A stretch of 64,000 nt of DNA from Vulcanimicrobiota bacterium (GCA_963777315.1 CAVZQC010000001.1:352001-416000), one strand, 5' to 3'. Positions 10,665-20,876 are shown, counted from the first letter of the stretch. Notes: generated from the letters alone by a model not told the origin. Numbers and translations are program-made.

Positions 10665-11210
10665 ATGCAAGACGAATACGTAACGCAAGCCGACGTTCCC
10701 GGCGCCGCCGACGACGGTCGCACGCCTTTGGCGCAGGCCGACGATCTCGCCGCGCAACTCGACGCGGCCAACTCTCGGGCGGACGAGAACTACAAAAAGT
10801 TTCTGCTCGCCATGGCCGATTTCGAAAACTACAAGAAACGCATCGAGCGTCAGTTCCGCGACATTGCCGATTCCGGCAGAAGGGAGCTGCTCAAAAGCTT
10901 TTTGCCCGTGCTCGACAATCTGGAGCGCGCGCTCGCATACGAAGATGCCAGCGCCGGCGCTCTTCGCAACGGCGTGCAGCAAACGCTCAAGGGCTTCGAA
11001 GCGGTTTTGGGCATGGAAGGCGTCAAACCGATCTCCGTCAAGGGCACGAAATTCGACCCCAGCCTGGCCGAAGCAATCGGAACGCAGCCGGCGCCGGGCC
11101 TTGAAGACGACACGGTTCTCGAGGAAGCGCAAAAAGGCTACACGTTGGGTGAGGAGCTGCTGCGCCCGGCCAAAGTGATCGTCGTTCAAAATGCGGCAGC
11201 GCAGGTTTAA
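10665..11210 (+). CDS. grpE: Nucleotide exchange factor GrpE
   Basis: ADFENYKKR, LPVLDNLERAL, FDP, KGYTLGEELLRPAKVIV. Confidence 0.96.
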   Translation: MQDEYVTQADVPGAADDGRTPLAQADDLAAQLDAANSRADENYKKFLLAMADFENYKKRIERQFRDIADSGRRELLKSFLPVLDNLERALAYEDASAGALRNGVQQTLKGFEAVLGMEGVKPISVKGTKFDPSLAEAIGTQPAPGLEDDTVLEEAQKGYTLGEELLRPAKVIVVQNAAAQV

Positions 11211-11234
11211 AACGCTGCGCCCACGGGCTGCTGC

Positions 11235-12252
11235 ATGAACTACAAGGATTACTATCAGCTTCTGGGCGTTCCTAAGAATGCGCCCGAGAAAGACATAAAG
11301 TCCGCATACCGCAAGCTCGCGCGCAAATGGCATCCCGATGCCAATCCCAACAATCAACGAGAATCGGAAGAGCGGTTCAAGGAGATCCAAGAAGCGTACG
11401 AAGTTTTGGGCGATCCCGAGAAGCGCCGCAAATACGATATGCTGGGCAGCGACTGGCAGCAAGCCGCGCGCCAGGCCGAACAGCAGCGCCGCTACCGCAA
11501 CCAGCAAAGCGAAACGTTCAACTTCAACTTCAACGACCTGGGAGGCGCGGCCGGCGCCGGCGGCCCCAGCGGGTTTTCCGACTTCTTCGACATGTTTTTC
11601 TCGGGAATAGGACGGCGCAACACGGCGCAAACCACCGGGTTTGCGCAGCGCGGCCAGGATTTGGAGACGACGATCGAGCTTTCGCTGCGCGATGCGTACG
11701 ACGGCGGAAAGAAATCGGTATCGCTGCAGCTCGAAGACGTCTGCCCGCGCTGCGCCGGCACCGGAACGGATCGCGGCAGCCTGTGCGTGCAGTGCCACGG
11801 AACCGGACGCCTTCTTTCCACCAAAAAGTTTGAAGTAACGATCCCTAAAGGCATCGCCGAAGGCCAGCGCATTCGCCTTGCAGGCCAGGGCGGCGCGGGC
11901 GTCGCCGGCGGTCCGAACGGCGATTTGTTCTTGATCGTCAAACTGCTCGACGACCCGACCTATAAACGCAAGGGCGACGATTTGTACGTCGACATGCCCA
12001 TCAGCATGTACGACCTGGTGCTGGGAGGCGAAGTCAAAGTCCCCACCATGGGCGGACAAGTCACGATGATGATTCCGGCCGGCACGCAAAACAACCGGCT
12101 GTTGCGGCTGGCCGGCAAAGGCATGCCGAAAGTGCGCAACGGCGGCATGGGCGATCAGTACGTGCGCATCATCGGCCAGCTGCCCACCGATCTGAACGAC
12201 AAGGAAAAAGCTCTTCAAAGAGCTCGCTTCCATTCGCAACGGCAAAAAATAA
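11235..12252 (+). CDS. dnaJ: DnaJ/CbpA-family co-chaperone (frameshift at about 12205-12210 near C-terminus)
   Basis: J domain with HPD, G/F region, two CxxCxGxG motifs, C-terminal domain; alternative frame ends LFKELASIRNGKK* at TAA 12250-12252. Confidence 0.88.
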
Positions 12253-12269
12253 CCGAAAAGAGGTACGAC

Positions 12270-12632
12270 ATGGTAAAAGACATTGCATTCACGGCGTACT
12301 CTGCGCAGGACGTTGCGGCGCTGCGCAAGTTCTACGCCGACGTGCTGGGGCTCGAGTTCTCCGGGCCGTACGTCGAAGAAGACGTCCTCAAGTACGACGA
12401 GGCAAAAGTGGGCAGCGGCTGGTTCTCGGTCATGACTACGCAGTGGCTCGAGACCGCGCCCTGCGGCGGGGTCGCGTTCGAAGTCGACGACATCGAGAAA
12501 ATCTGCTCGGACCTGCGATCCAAAGGCATCGAAGCCGGTGAAATTTACGACACCCCGGTGTGCAGGCTGACCTCGTTCGACGATCCCGAGGGCAACAAGG
12601 TCACGCTGCATCAAACGACCGTTCCTCACTAG
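12270..12632 (+). CDS. VOC/glyoxalase-family protein
   Basis: KFYADVLGL, VAFEVDDIE, FDDPEGNKVTLHQ; own AAGAGG RBS before ATG 12270. Confidence 0.85.
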   Translation: MVKDIAFTAYSAQDVAALRKFYADVLGLEFSGPYVEEDVLKYDEAKVGSGWFSVMTTQWLETAPCGGVAFEVDDIEKICSDLRSKGIEAGEIYDTPVCRLTSFDDPEGNKVTLHQTTVPH

Positions 12633-12656
12633 CCTGTTCCGGACCACGATACAATC

Positions 12657-14480
12657 ATGATTGGCGGCCACGGGCTCATGTGGTCCAACATGTACCGGCC
12701 CGACAAGCCGCAGGTTCACAAGCGCGTCGATTGGAGCAGAATCGGCGCGCTGTTTGCTCCGTACTGGAAACAGCAGAGCATCGTGCTGGCGTGCATCGTG
12801 CTCGCCGCGGTCATCGGGCTGGCGCCGGCGTACCTCATTGCCCACGTCATCGATCGGGCAATTCCGCATCACAGCTTCCGCGAACTCGCGCTCGACGTGG
12901 GCGGCATGCTGGCAGCCGCGGTGCTCACGATGTTTTTGAGCGTCTTGCAAGGCTATCTGAATTCGATCGTCGGCGAAGGCATCATGCGGGACATGCGGAC
13001 GAGTCTGGTTTCGCATTTGCACAAGATGCCGCTGGGGTTCTTCACCGGCACGAAAACCGGCGAAATCATGAACCGCGTTTCCAACGACGTCGACAACATC
13101 GACAACGTGGTCACCGGAACGCTCACGTCGATTCTCACGAACATCGTGACGATCGGCACGACGGCAGTATGGATGTTCGTTTGGAACTGGCGCTTGGCGC
13201 TGCTTTCGATTGCGATCGTTCCGCTGATGGTGCTGCCGCTCGCGCCGGTGGGCCGGCGCATGTACGAGATTCGCCGCAAGACGCGCGAGAAGCGCGACGA
13301 GATCGAGTCGATCACGCAGGAGACGCTTTCGATCTCGGGCATCACGCTCATCAAGTCGTTCGCCCGCGAAGCCTACGAAAAGGCGCGCTTCTACCGTGCC
13401 GGCACGCAGCTCATGGATTTGGAAGTGAACCTGGCGATGGTCGGGCGCTGGTTCATTGCGGCGATCACCGCAATGGTCATCATCGGACCCGCGATCGTTT
13501 GGCTGGGCGGCGGCTGGCTCGCCTTGAGCGGCTCGATTGCGGTCGGCGTCGTGGTGGCGTTCGTTACCTACATACAAAGCCGGCTGTACGGACCGGCGGC
13601 TTCTCTTGCCGGCATTCAGGTCCAGATCGTCAGCGCGCTGGCCGTGTTCGAACGCATCTTCGACTATTTGGACATGACCACCGAACAGTACGATCCGCCC
13701 GCAGCGGCAGCGCTGCCTGCAGTCGCCGGCGACATCCGTTTCGAAGACGTCACGTTCGCGTACGCTAGCGATCGCCGCGTGCTCGACGGCGTGAGTCTGC
13801 ACGTGGAACCGGGACAGGTTGCCGCGTTCGTGGGGCCGTCGGGAGCGGGCAAGACGACGATCACCCAGCTCGTGCCGCGCTTTTACGATCCGCAAAGCGG
13901 CAGCATATCGATCGACGGACACGACGTGCGCACGCTCACGCTGGAATCGCTGCGGCGCGACATCGGCATCGTGACGCAGGAAACGTACTTGTTTCACGAT
14001 ACGATCGCCGGCAATTTGCGCTACGCTGCCCCGCAGGCGACCGACGAACAGCTGCATGCCGCCGCGCGGGCGGCGAACATTCACGACTTCATCGCGTCGC
14101 TCCCCGCGGGTTACGATACGGTCGTCGGCGAGCGCGGCCACAAGCTCTCGGGCGGCGAACGCCAGCGGCTGGCAATCGCGCGCGTCCTGCTCAAGAATCC
14201 CAAGATACTCATCCTCGACGAAGCCACCAGTTCGCTGGATTCGCACAACGAAGCCGCCATTCAGGCTGCGCTCGTGCCGCTCATGCGCGGCAGAACGAGC
14301 CTGGTGATCGCGCACCGGCTCTCCACCGTTCTCTCCGCCGACGTCATCTTCGTCATCGAAGGCGGCCGCGTCGTCGAGCGCGGGACCCACGCGCAGTTGC
14401 TCGCGCGCGGCGGCCCGTACGCGCGGTTGTATCATAAGCAATTTCGCGACGAAACCCGCGCCGTTGCGGCCTGGCCGTAA
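12657..14480 (+). CDS. ABC exporter, fused permease/ATP-binding (MsbA/MdlB-like)
   Basis: TM domain plus GPSGAGKTT, LSGGERQR, ILDEATSSLD. Confidence 0.95.
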   Translation: MIGGHGLMWSNMYRPDKPQVHKRVDWSRIGALFAPYWKQQSIVLACIVLAAVIGLAPAYLIAHVIDRAIPHHSFRELALDVGGMLAAAVLTMFLSVLQGYLNSIVGEGIMRDMRTSLVSHLHKMPLGFFTGTKTGEIMNRVSNDVDNIDNVVTGTLTSILTNIVTIGTTAVWMFVWNWRLALLSIAIVPLMVLPLAPVGRRMYEIRRKTREKRDEIESITQETLSISGITLIKSFAREAYEKARFYRAGTQLMDLEVNLAMVGRWFIAAITAMVIIGPAIVWLGGGWLALSGSIAVGVVVAFVTYIQSRLYGPAASLAGIQVQIVSALAVFERIFDYLDMTTEQYDPPAAAALPAVAGDIRFEDVTFAYASDRRVLDGVSLHVEPGQVAAFVGPSGAGKTTITQLVPRFYDPQSGSISIDGHDVRTLTLESLRRDIGIVTQETYLFHDTIAGNLRYAAPQATDEQLHAAARAANIHDFIASLPAGYDTVVGERGHKLSGGERQRLAIARVLLKNPKILILDEATSSLDSHNEAAIQAALVPLMRGRTSLVIAHRLSTVLSADVIFVIEGGRVVERGTHAQLLARGGPYARLYHKQFRDETRAVAAWP

Positions 14481-14500
14481 GCGCGCTCGCGCATCGTCAA

Positions 14501-15205
14501 GTGCTGCAGATTTCCGGTTTGGTCAAGCGGTACGGCAAACAGACCGCGGTGGACGGCGTCTCGTTCCAGGTTGCCCGAGGAGAAATCGTCGGACTGCTGG
14601 GCCCCAACGGCGCGGGCAAAAGCACGACCTTGCTGTGCGCCGCGGGTTTGGTCCGTCCGGACGCCGGAACGTTTACGTGGAACGGTGCGCAGCTGCCGTC
14701 GGCGCGCGGCCAAACGATCGCGCTCATTCCCGAAACGCCCGACGTCTACCCGATGCTCACCGTTTGGGAGCACATGGTGTTCGTCGCGAAGAGCTGCCGT
14801 TTGGGCGCAGGCTGGGAGGAGCGCGCGCGTTCGCTGCTGGACCGGTTCATGATGTCCGGGCAACGCGACACGCTCGGCGCCGCGCTTTCAAAAGGCATGC
14901 GGCAAAAAACGCTGGTCGCCGCCACGGTTCTTGCCGGTACGCCGGTCATTCTGCTGGACGAGCCGATGGTCGGCCTCGATCCGCTCGGACAGCGCGAACT
15001 GCGCGAAATCGTCGCGGGCATGCGCGCCGGCGGCACCGCCATCGTTATCAGTACGCACATGCTCGAACAGGCGCAAGCGGCGTGCGATCGCGTCGTCATC
15101 CTCAAGAACGGCCGAACCGTTGCAAGCGGCACGTTCCAAGAATTGCAGGCGCGCTCGGGTACGAACGCCAGCGCCGAAGACTTGTTCCTCGAACTGACGC
15201 AATAG
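14501..15205 (+). CDS. ABC transporter ATP-binding protein (ABC-2 type)
   Basis: GPNGAGKST, LSKGMRQK, LLDEPMVGLD. Confidence 0.92.
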   Translation: MLQISGLVKRYGKQTAVDGVSFQVARGEIVGLLGPNGAGKSTTLLCAAGLVRPDAGTFTWNGAQLPSARGQTIALIPETPDVYPMLTVWEHMVFVAKSCRLGAGWEERARSLLDRFMMSGQRDTLGAALSKGMRQKTLVAATVLAGTPVILLDEPMVGLDPLGQRELREIVAGMRAGGTAIVISTHMLEQAQAACDRVVILKNGRTVASGTFQELQARSGTNASAEDLFLELTQ

Positions 15206-15210
15206 CGCGT

Positions 15211-16791
15211 ATGATCCACGATCTGCGCGCTCTGTCCTATTTGGAGTTCAGGCAAATCGTCAACCGCGTTCGAGTGACGCTGCGTTCGCCCGGACGCCTG
15301 CTGGTGTACGTGATCGCGATCGCGTATTTCTGCGCCGTTGCCGTCTCACGTGCTCACCGCCGACCTCAAACCGCGATGAGCGCCTTTCCGGAACCGTATG
15401 CCGCCGCAGCCATGTTCGCCTACGTTACGCTGCTCGGGGTGATGGCGTACGGCGCCGCGTCGGGCATCGTGCGCGCGTTTTCATCGCCGGCCGACGCGCG
15501 CTTTCTGACCGGCTCATCCATTTCCGAGCGCACCGTCGCCATATGGCTGCAACTGCGGCGCTGCGCGATGAGCATGGCCAGGATGCTGTTCACCGTACTG
15601 CTGTACGCGCTGCTGTTTTCGCGCAGGGGGAGCACCATCGGTATCGCGCTGGCAACCTTGGGCGGAACGGCGATCGCTGCAGGCCTGGCTGTTCCGTTTC
15701 TGAAGTTTCGCTCGGTAGCGGGCTCTGCGACGGCACAAGGTTTAGCCGGTGCGATAACGGTCATCGGAGTTTGCCCCACGTTGATACTGCTGGCAAGTCT
15801 GCTTGCACCCAGCCCGTTTGCGCAGGGTATCGAACGGCTTGGCGCAGGCACGGCGATCGATCAGCTGCTGAACGCAAACGCCGCGGCACTGGCCGCGCTG
15901 TACGCCTTCGGCGTGGTAATCGTGGCGGGCGCGTACGCGTGCGGCGCAGGACTCTATCCCGATCTCTATGCAGCCTCGCTGCGGGTGCTTGCATTTCGTG
16001 AAAAGCAAAAGCGCGGCCCGGGCGCCGCGCTGGTCATGGCGCATTCGTACGAGCGCCCACGCAATGCCGGTGCGTCCGCCGGATATGCCGACGCATTGCG
16101 CGGCCCTTGGACCATTGTCTGGAAGGAATGGGTGGCATTCCTGCGATCGCCCTCGATGCAGCGGACGTTCTATTTGGGCGCCGCGGTTTGCGTTGCGATC
16201 GGAGCGATTTTCGGAACGATCGCCGCGGCTTCGCGCCATCCGCTGATGGAGAGCGTCACGTTCGCAGCCGTCGCAACCAACATGATTGTCGTATTTGCCG
16301 CGATGAGCTCGGCGATCGGGCTCGAAGGCGATCTGCGCAAGCCCCTATGGTGGATCGGACCCGATCCGTTGTGGACGCGGCTGCTGGCATGGGTGGTGGG
16401 CACGTCGTGGCGCTTGGCGGCATGCATCTGCGCGAGCATCGTTGGTTGGTCCGTCGCCGCGCGCAGCCCGCTAATTGCGGCCTGCGGTATCCCGCTCGGG
16501 ATCGCCGCAGTGCTGTACCTGCGCGCCGTCGGACTCGCGCTATACGCGCTGTTCCCGTCCACAATCGATCAGCGCGGTCCGCTGGCGATGATGCGCGCCC
16601 TGCTCACGTACATCATGGCCGCGCCTCCCGCCATCGCGGGCATCGTTACGCTCGTGTTTGTGCGCCAACCGCTGGCGGCCACGGCAGCGGCCGTTGCGGT
16701 CAGCTTGAGCGAAACGCTGCTGCTGGTCGCCTTCGCCGCCATGCGAATCGCGGGCAGCGGCGTGACGTTCGCTCAAGCCGAAGCGATGTGA
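15211..16791 (+). CDS. Putative ABC exporter membrane subunit
   Basis: Polytopic membrane protein from ATG 15211, 5 nt after the ATPase; FSSPADARFL motif. Confidence 0.75.
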   Translation: MIHDLRALSYLEFRQIVNRVRVTLRSPGRLLVYVIAIAYFCAVAVSRAHRRPQTAMSAFPEPYAAAAMFAYVTLLGVMAYGAASGIVRAFSSPADARFLTGSSISERTVAIWLQLRRCAMSMARMLFTVLLYALLFSRRGSTIGIALATLGGTAIAAGLAVPFLKFRSVAGSATAQGLAGAITVIGVCPTLILLASLLAPSPFAQGIERLGAGTAIDQLLNANAAALAALYAFGVVIVAGAYACGAGLYPDLYAASLRVLAFREKQKRGPGAALVMAHSYERPRNAGASAGYADALRGPWTIVWKEWVAFLRSPSMQRTFYLGAAVCVAIGAIFGTIAAASRHPLMESVTFAAVATNMIVVFAAMSSAIGLEGDLRKPLWWIGPDPLWTRLLAWVVGTSWRLAACICASIVGWSVAARSPLIAACGIPLGIAAVLYLRAVGLALYALFPSTIDQRGPLAMMRALLTYIMAAPPAIAGIVTLVFVRQPLAATAAAVAVSLSETLLLVAFAAMRIAGSGVTFAQAEAM

Positions 16792-16793
16792 AA

Positions 16794-17462
16794 TTACTGC
16801 GCGTACGCAATCTGCATGGTGCGCGGCTGCTCGGGCGTGAGCAGCGCCGCACCGGTTGCGGCACGCACTTCGTCGACGCTCACTCCGGGCGCGACTTCGC
16901 GCAGCACTAAGCCTTGCGGCGTGACGTCGATCGCCGCCATGTCGGTGACGATGCGGTCGACGACGCGCCTGCCGGTCAGCGGTAAATCGCACTGCTCGAC
17001 GATCTTGTGCGCGCCGCCTTTGGCAACGTGCTCCATCATCACGATCAAGTACTTGGCACCGTGCACCAGATCCATCGCGCCGCCCATGCCCTTGACCATT
17101 TTTCCCGGGATCATCCAATTGGCCAGGTCGCCGTCTTTGGAAACTTGCATCGCGCCGAGCACTGCGAGATCGATGTGACCTCCGCGAATCATGCCGAATG
17201 AAAGCGACGAATCGAAAAACGCCGCGCCCGGCAGCACGGTCACCGTTTCTTTGCCGGCATTGATCAGGTCCGGATCCTCCTGCCCCTCGTACGGATACGG
17301 ACCCATCCCCAAGATTCCGTTCTCGCTTTGCAGCACCACGGTCACTCCGTGCGGGACGTAATTGGGAATGAGCGTGGGCAGTCCGATGCCAAGGTTGATG
17401 TATTCGCCGTCGCGCAATTCGCTCGCGACGCGGGCAGCCAATTGGGCGCGGGTCAGTGCCAT
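16794..17462 (-). CDS. scoB: 3-oxoacid CoA-transferase subunit B
   Basis: INLGIGLPT, catalytic [13 protein letters not shown]. Confidence 0.93.
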   Translation of the reverse strand: MALTRAQLAARVASELRDGEYINLGIGLPTLIPNYVPHGVTVVLQSENGILGMGPYPYEGQEDPDLINAGKETVTVLPGAAFFDSSLSFGMIRGGHIDLAVLGAMQVSKDGDLANWMIPGKMVKGMGGAMDLVHGAKYLIVMMEHVAKGGAHKIVEQCDLPLTGRRVVDRIVTDMAAIDVTPQGLVLREVAPGVSVDEVRAATGAALLTPEQPRTMQIAYAQ

Positions 17463-18239
17463 TTACCGTCCTCCTGCCGCATCTTGACGCTCGCGCGAGC
17501 GAACCGTGACCCGTTCGATGCGTTTGCCTTCCGCTCCGACTTGCACCACGCGCTGCACGAAAATGCCCGGCAGATGCACGTGTTCGGGATCGATTTCTCC
17601 GGGCCCGACGAGCACTTCCACTTCCGCAATCGTTATTTTGCCGGCCATGGCGCACAGCGGGTTGAAGTTGCGCGTGGCTTTGTGAAAAACCAGGTTGCCG
17701 TGCCGGTCTCCCACGCTGGCGCGCACCAGAGCGAAGTCGCAGACGATGCCTTCTTCCAGCACGTATTCGCGGCCGCCGAACGTGCGCGTTTCTTTTTTCG
17801 GCGAAGCTTTTGCAATCGAGCCGTCCGGTGCATACTTCCACGGCAAACCGCCCTGCGCGACCTGCGTTCCCACACCCGCGGGCGTGTAAAATGCCGGGAT
17901 GCCGCAGCCCCCCGCGCGCAGACGCTCGGCCAGCGTACCTTGGGGAACCAATTCGACTTCGAGCAGTCCTTGCAGATATTGCCGTTCGAACTCGCGGTTT
18001 TCGCCGACGTACGAGCTCGTCGTGCGCTTGATGCGGCCCGCGTCGAGCAGCACCCCAAGGCCCCAGCCGTCCACGCCGCAATTGTTGGACACCGTCACCA
18101 GATCGGTCGCGCCCTGTTCGAGCAGCGCGGAGATGAGATTGTGCGGAATGCCGTTGAGGCCGAAACCGCCCACCGCAATGGACGCGCCGCCGGCAATGTC
18201 TTGCACCGCCAGGGCGCACGAAGAAACGACTTTGTCCAT
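17463..18239 (-). CDS. scoA: 3-oxoacid CoA-transferase subunit A
   Basis: VGGFG, SNNCG, SYVGEN, PQGTLAERLRAGG, RNFNP. Confidence 0.93.
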   Translation of the reverse strand: MDKVVSSCALAVQDIAGGASIAVGGFGLNGIPHNLISALLEQGATDLVTVSNNCGVDGWGLGVLLDAGRIKRTTSSYVGENREFERQYLQGLLEVELVPQGTLAERLRAGGCGIPAFYTPAGVGTQVAQGGLPWKYAPDGSIAKASPKKETRTFGGREYVLEEGIVCDFALVRASVGDRHGNLVFHKATRNFNPLCAMAGKITIAEVEVLVGPGEIDPEHVHLPGIFVQRVVQVGAEGKRIERVTVRSRERQDAAGGR

Positions 18240-18331
18240 ACCAGCGAGGATATGCTATGGGCGGCACGCGGGGTCCCGCCCCACGCTCCTCGAAGTTTTT
18301 GTGCCCAAGCACGCCATAGGAGCCGCAAAGA

Positions 18332-19504
18332 ATGGCCGTCGCCAGCCCTCATCACCCCTCGCCGGACGAAGAGGCGCTGATCCTCGATGCCGTGCGCGAG
18401 CTCGTCGCCGAAAAAGTCGCGCCTCGCGCCGCGGAAATCGACGAGCGCGGCGAGTATCCGCAGGACATACGCGCGCTGTTTGCCGAGAACGACTTGCTCG
18501 GCATTCCGATCCCGGCGCAATACGGGGGCCTGGGCGGTACGTTTTCCACGTACGTCAAGGTGGTGGAGGAGATTGCCAAAGCGTGCGCCTCGAGCTCGCT
18601 GATCGTCGCCGTGCAGGAGCTGGGAATGCTGCCGATTCTCATCGGCGGCAGCGAAGAGCAAAAGCACAAGTACCTTCCCAAGCTCGCCAGCGGAGAATGG
18701 ATCGCCGCGTACGCGCTCACCGAAGCCGGCAGCGGCTCCGATGCGGCCGGTTCCATGCGCGCGCGTGCGGAGAAAAAGGGCGACGAGTACGTCCTGAACG
18801 GCCAAAAGATTTGGATCACCAACGGCAGCGTGGCCGACGTGGTGTGCGTATTTGCCGTTACCGATCCCCAGAAAGGCCCCGCCGGCATCAGCGCCTTCAT
18901 CGTCGAAAAAACGTTCCCCGGTTTCAAAGTCGGCAAGCCCGAGAAGAAAATGGGCATCCGCGGGTCGCCCACGGTCGAGCTGGTTTTCGACGATTGCCGC
19001 GTGCCGGCGGAAAATCTGATCGGAAACCCGGGAGAAGGTTTCAAGATCGCGATGAAGGTGCTGGACAAATCGCGTCCCGGCATCGCCGCGCAGGCGCTCG
19101 GCATCGCCAGCGGAGCGCTCGAGCATGCCGCTGCGTATGCGCGCGAGCGCATGGCGTTCGGCAAACCCATCGGTCAGCAGCAAGGCGTGGGGTTCATGCT
19201 GGCCGACATGAAAACCGACGTCGAAGCCGCGCGCCTGCTGCTGTACGAAGCGGCGCGCAAATGCGATGCGGAGTCGCCGGACGTCACGCTGTGGGCCGCG
19301 ATGTGCAAGCTCAAATGCGGCGACGTCGCCATGCGCGTAACCACGGACGCCGTGCAAGTGCTCGGCGGCTACGGATACTCGGTCGACTATCCGGTCGAGC
19401 GCATGATGCGAGATGCGAAAATCACGCAGATTTACGAAGGCACTCAACAAATCCAGCGCTTGGTCATTTCCCGGGCGTTGCTCGGCAAGTGGAAGCCCAA
19501 GTAA
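18332..19504 (+). CDS. Acyl-CoA dehydrogenase
   Basis: YALTEAGSGSD, LNGQKIWITNG, KMGIRGS, RDAKITQIYEGT. Confidence 0.95.
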   Translation: MAVASPHHPSPDEEALILDAVRELVAEKVAPRAAEIDERGEYPQDIRALFAENDLLGIPIPAQYGGLGGTFSTYVKVVEEIAKACASSSLIVAVQELGMLPILIGGSEEQKHKYLPKLASGEWIAAYALTEAGSGSDAAGSMRARAEKKGDEYVLNGQKIWITNGSVADVVCVFAVTDPQKGPAGISAFIVEKTFPGFKVGKPEKKMGIRGSPTVELVFDDCRVPAENLIGNPGEGFKIAMKVLDKSRPGIAAQALGIASGALEHAAAYARERMAFGKPIGQQQGVGFMLADMKTDVEAARLLLYEAARKCDAESPDVTLWAAMCKLKCGDVAMRVTTDAVQVLGGYGYSVDYPVERMMRDAKITQIYEGTQQIQRLVISRALLGKWKPK

Positions 19505-19540
19505 CGCTTTACAGATTCTAAAAAAAGACTAGGCCTGCGC

Positions 19541-19567
19541 TGGAACGCGACGCTCTCGTCCTGCGTT
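19541..19567 (+). promoter_or_regulatory. Putative ECF sigma promoter TGGAAC-N17-CGTT
   Basis: tggaac 19541-19546, 17-nt spacer, cgtt 19564-19567, upstream of the Lys-rich gene. Confidence 0.55.
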
Positions 19568-19623
19568 ACCCCGGTGCGATACTCGTATTGCAAGCAGACC
19601 TTTGAAGAAAGGAGGATTGCACT

Positions 19624-19884
19624 GTGAACAAATTCCTCGCGTCTATTCTCGCGTCGGCGTTTCTGTTGACGGGCACGGCCATGGCCGCTGCTCCGGCGAA
19701 GACCCACGCAGTCAAGACCACGACCAAAGCCGCCGCTTCCAAATCGGTTGCAACGGCCCACAAGTCGGTCAAAGCGGCCAAGACTTCTAAGATCAAGAAG
19801 ACTTCGCACAAGGTCAAGAAATCGAAACATTCCAACAAAAAAGCCGCCAAAATGAAAGCGGCCAAGAAGCCCTCGAAACGCTAA
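19624..19884 (+). CDS. Small secreted Lys/Ala-rich basic protein (Asr/histone-H1-like composition)
   Basis: AAAGGAGG RBS, GTG start, signal peptide ending AMA, mature part with about 21 Lys and no acidic residues, own terminator. Confidence 0.85.
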   Translation: MNKFLASILASAFLLTGTAMAAAPAKTHAVKTTTKAAASKSVATAHKSVKAAKTSKIKKTSHKVKKSKHSNKKAAKMKAAKKPSKR

Positions 19885-19906
19885 TCCGTCTTTATTTCAT
19901 GTAACG

Positions 19907-19935
19907 CGCGGCCGGCAACGGCCGCGTCTTTTTTT
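19907..19935 (+). terminator. Intrinsic terminator
   Basis: cgcggccg-GCAA-cggccgcg stem-loop followed by tcttttttt. Confidence 0.85.
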
Positions 19936-19950
19936 GGGTACCGCGCCGAA

Positions 19951-20766
19951 TCAAAAACCTTGTGGGCGCTGGCCGAAGAGCACCGGAATGAAATGTCCGG
20001 CAACGAAGGACAGCACGAACACGATCGAACCGTACAGCGCGATTTCCAAGCCGCGCAGCCACCGGTTTCGCGACGTGAGCGAACCCGCGTAGACGCCGAT
20101 GCCGAACAGCCCCGCAAGCGCCAGCGCCACGCTCGCAATCACCACGGTGCGTCCGGCAACCGGAGCAAAGAAGTACGGCAAGATCGGAATGAGCGATCCC
20201 GCAGCGTACGACAGCCCCATCGAAACTGCCGGCGTAACGTCGGAGGATTCGGCGATGCGCGGATCGATGCCGAATTCGTCGCGCATCATCTCGTAGAGAT
20301 AGATTTCGGGATTCTTGGCAAGCCGGGAAACGATGAGATGGGCTTCGTCGGCGCTAAAGCCCTTGAGCTTGTAGTAGGCGACTTGCTCGGCGAATTCGTC
20401 CTGCGGATTCTGCTCCATTTCGCGGCGTTCCATTTCAATGGATGCCTGTACGACCTCGCGCTCGGATTTTGCGCCCTGGTACTGGCCGACCGACATCGAC
20501 AATGCGCCCGCGATGAGCGCGACCAGACCACCGACCAATACCGCGACGCGGCCGCCGGATGCTACGCTTACGCCGGTAACCACGCCCATCGTCGTCAGAA
20601 TGCCGTCTTTGGCTCCAAACACGATCTCCCGCACGCGACGCTGGCGCTCGAGGTGTCGCCGCTGCGGCGTGTCTGGGATGCGCGGTCTGACCTTGCGCCA
20701 GCCGGGCGTGTCGACGACGACTTTAAAGGGCGGAACCGGCGGCCGGTTCTGCGGAGTATCGTTCAT
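19951..20766 (-). CDS. VIT1/CCC1 family Fe/Mn transporter
   Basis: REIVFGAKDGILTT, GALSMSVGQY, GSLIPILPY; ATG at 20766. Confidence 0.88.
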   Translation of the reverse strand: MNDTPQNRPPVPPFKVVVDTPGWRKVRPRIPDTPQRRHLERQRRVREIVFGAKDGILTTMGVVTGVSVASGGRVAVLVGGLVALIAGALSMSVGQYQGAKSEREVVQASIEMERREMEQNPQDEFAEQVAYYKLKGFSADEAHLIVSRLAKNPEIYLYEMMRDEFGIDPRIAESSDVTPAVSMGLSYAAGSLIPILPYFFAPVAGRTVVIASVALALAGLFGIGVYAGSLTSRNRWLRGLEIALYGSIVFVLSFVAGHFIPVLFGQRPQGF

Positions 20767-20876
20767 TGCGAAACGGCTTGCCGCCAATCGACTGCGAGCC
20801 CTTCCGAATCCCGATGTTAGGCACGCCGAACGTGCGCGAAGCGGCACAGTTCGCGCATCCGGCGAAAGCATGCACA

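Noticed and set aside
11235..12632. Apparent DnaJ-glyoxalase (VOC) fusion, 465 aa
   Set aside because: Caused by a frameshift at about 12205-12210; the alternative frame gives a normal DnaJ end at 12252 and the VOC gene has its own RBS and ATG at 12270
10650..14441. 1263-aa antisense ORF
   Set aside because: Mirror frame of grpE, dnaJ, VOC and the ABC exporter in GC-rich DNA; no recognisable domain
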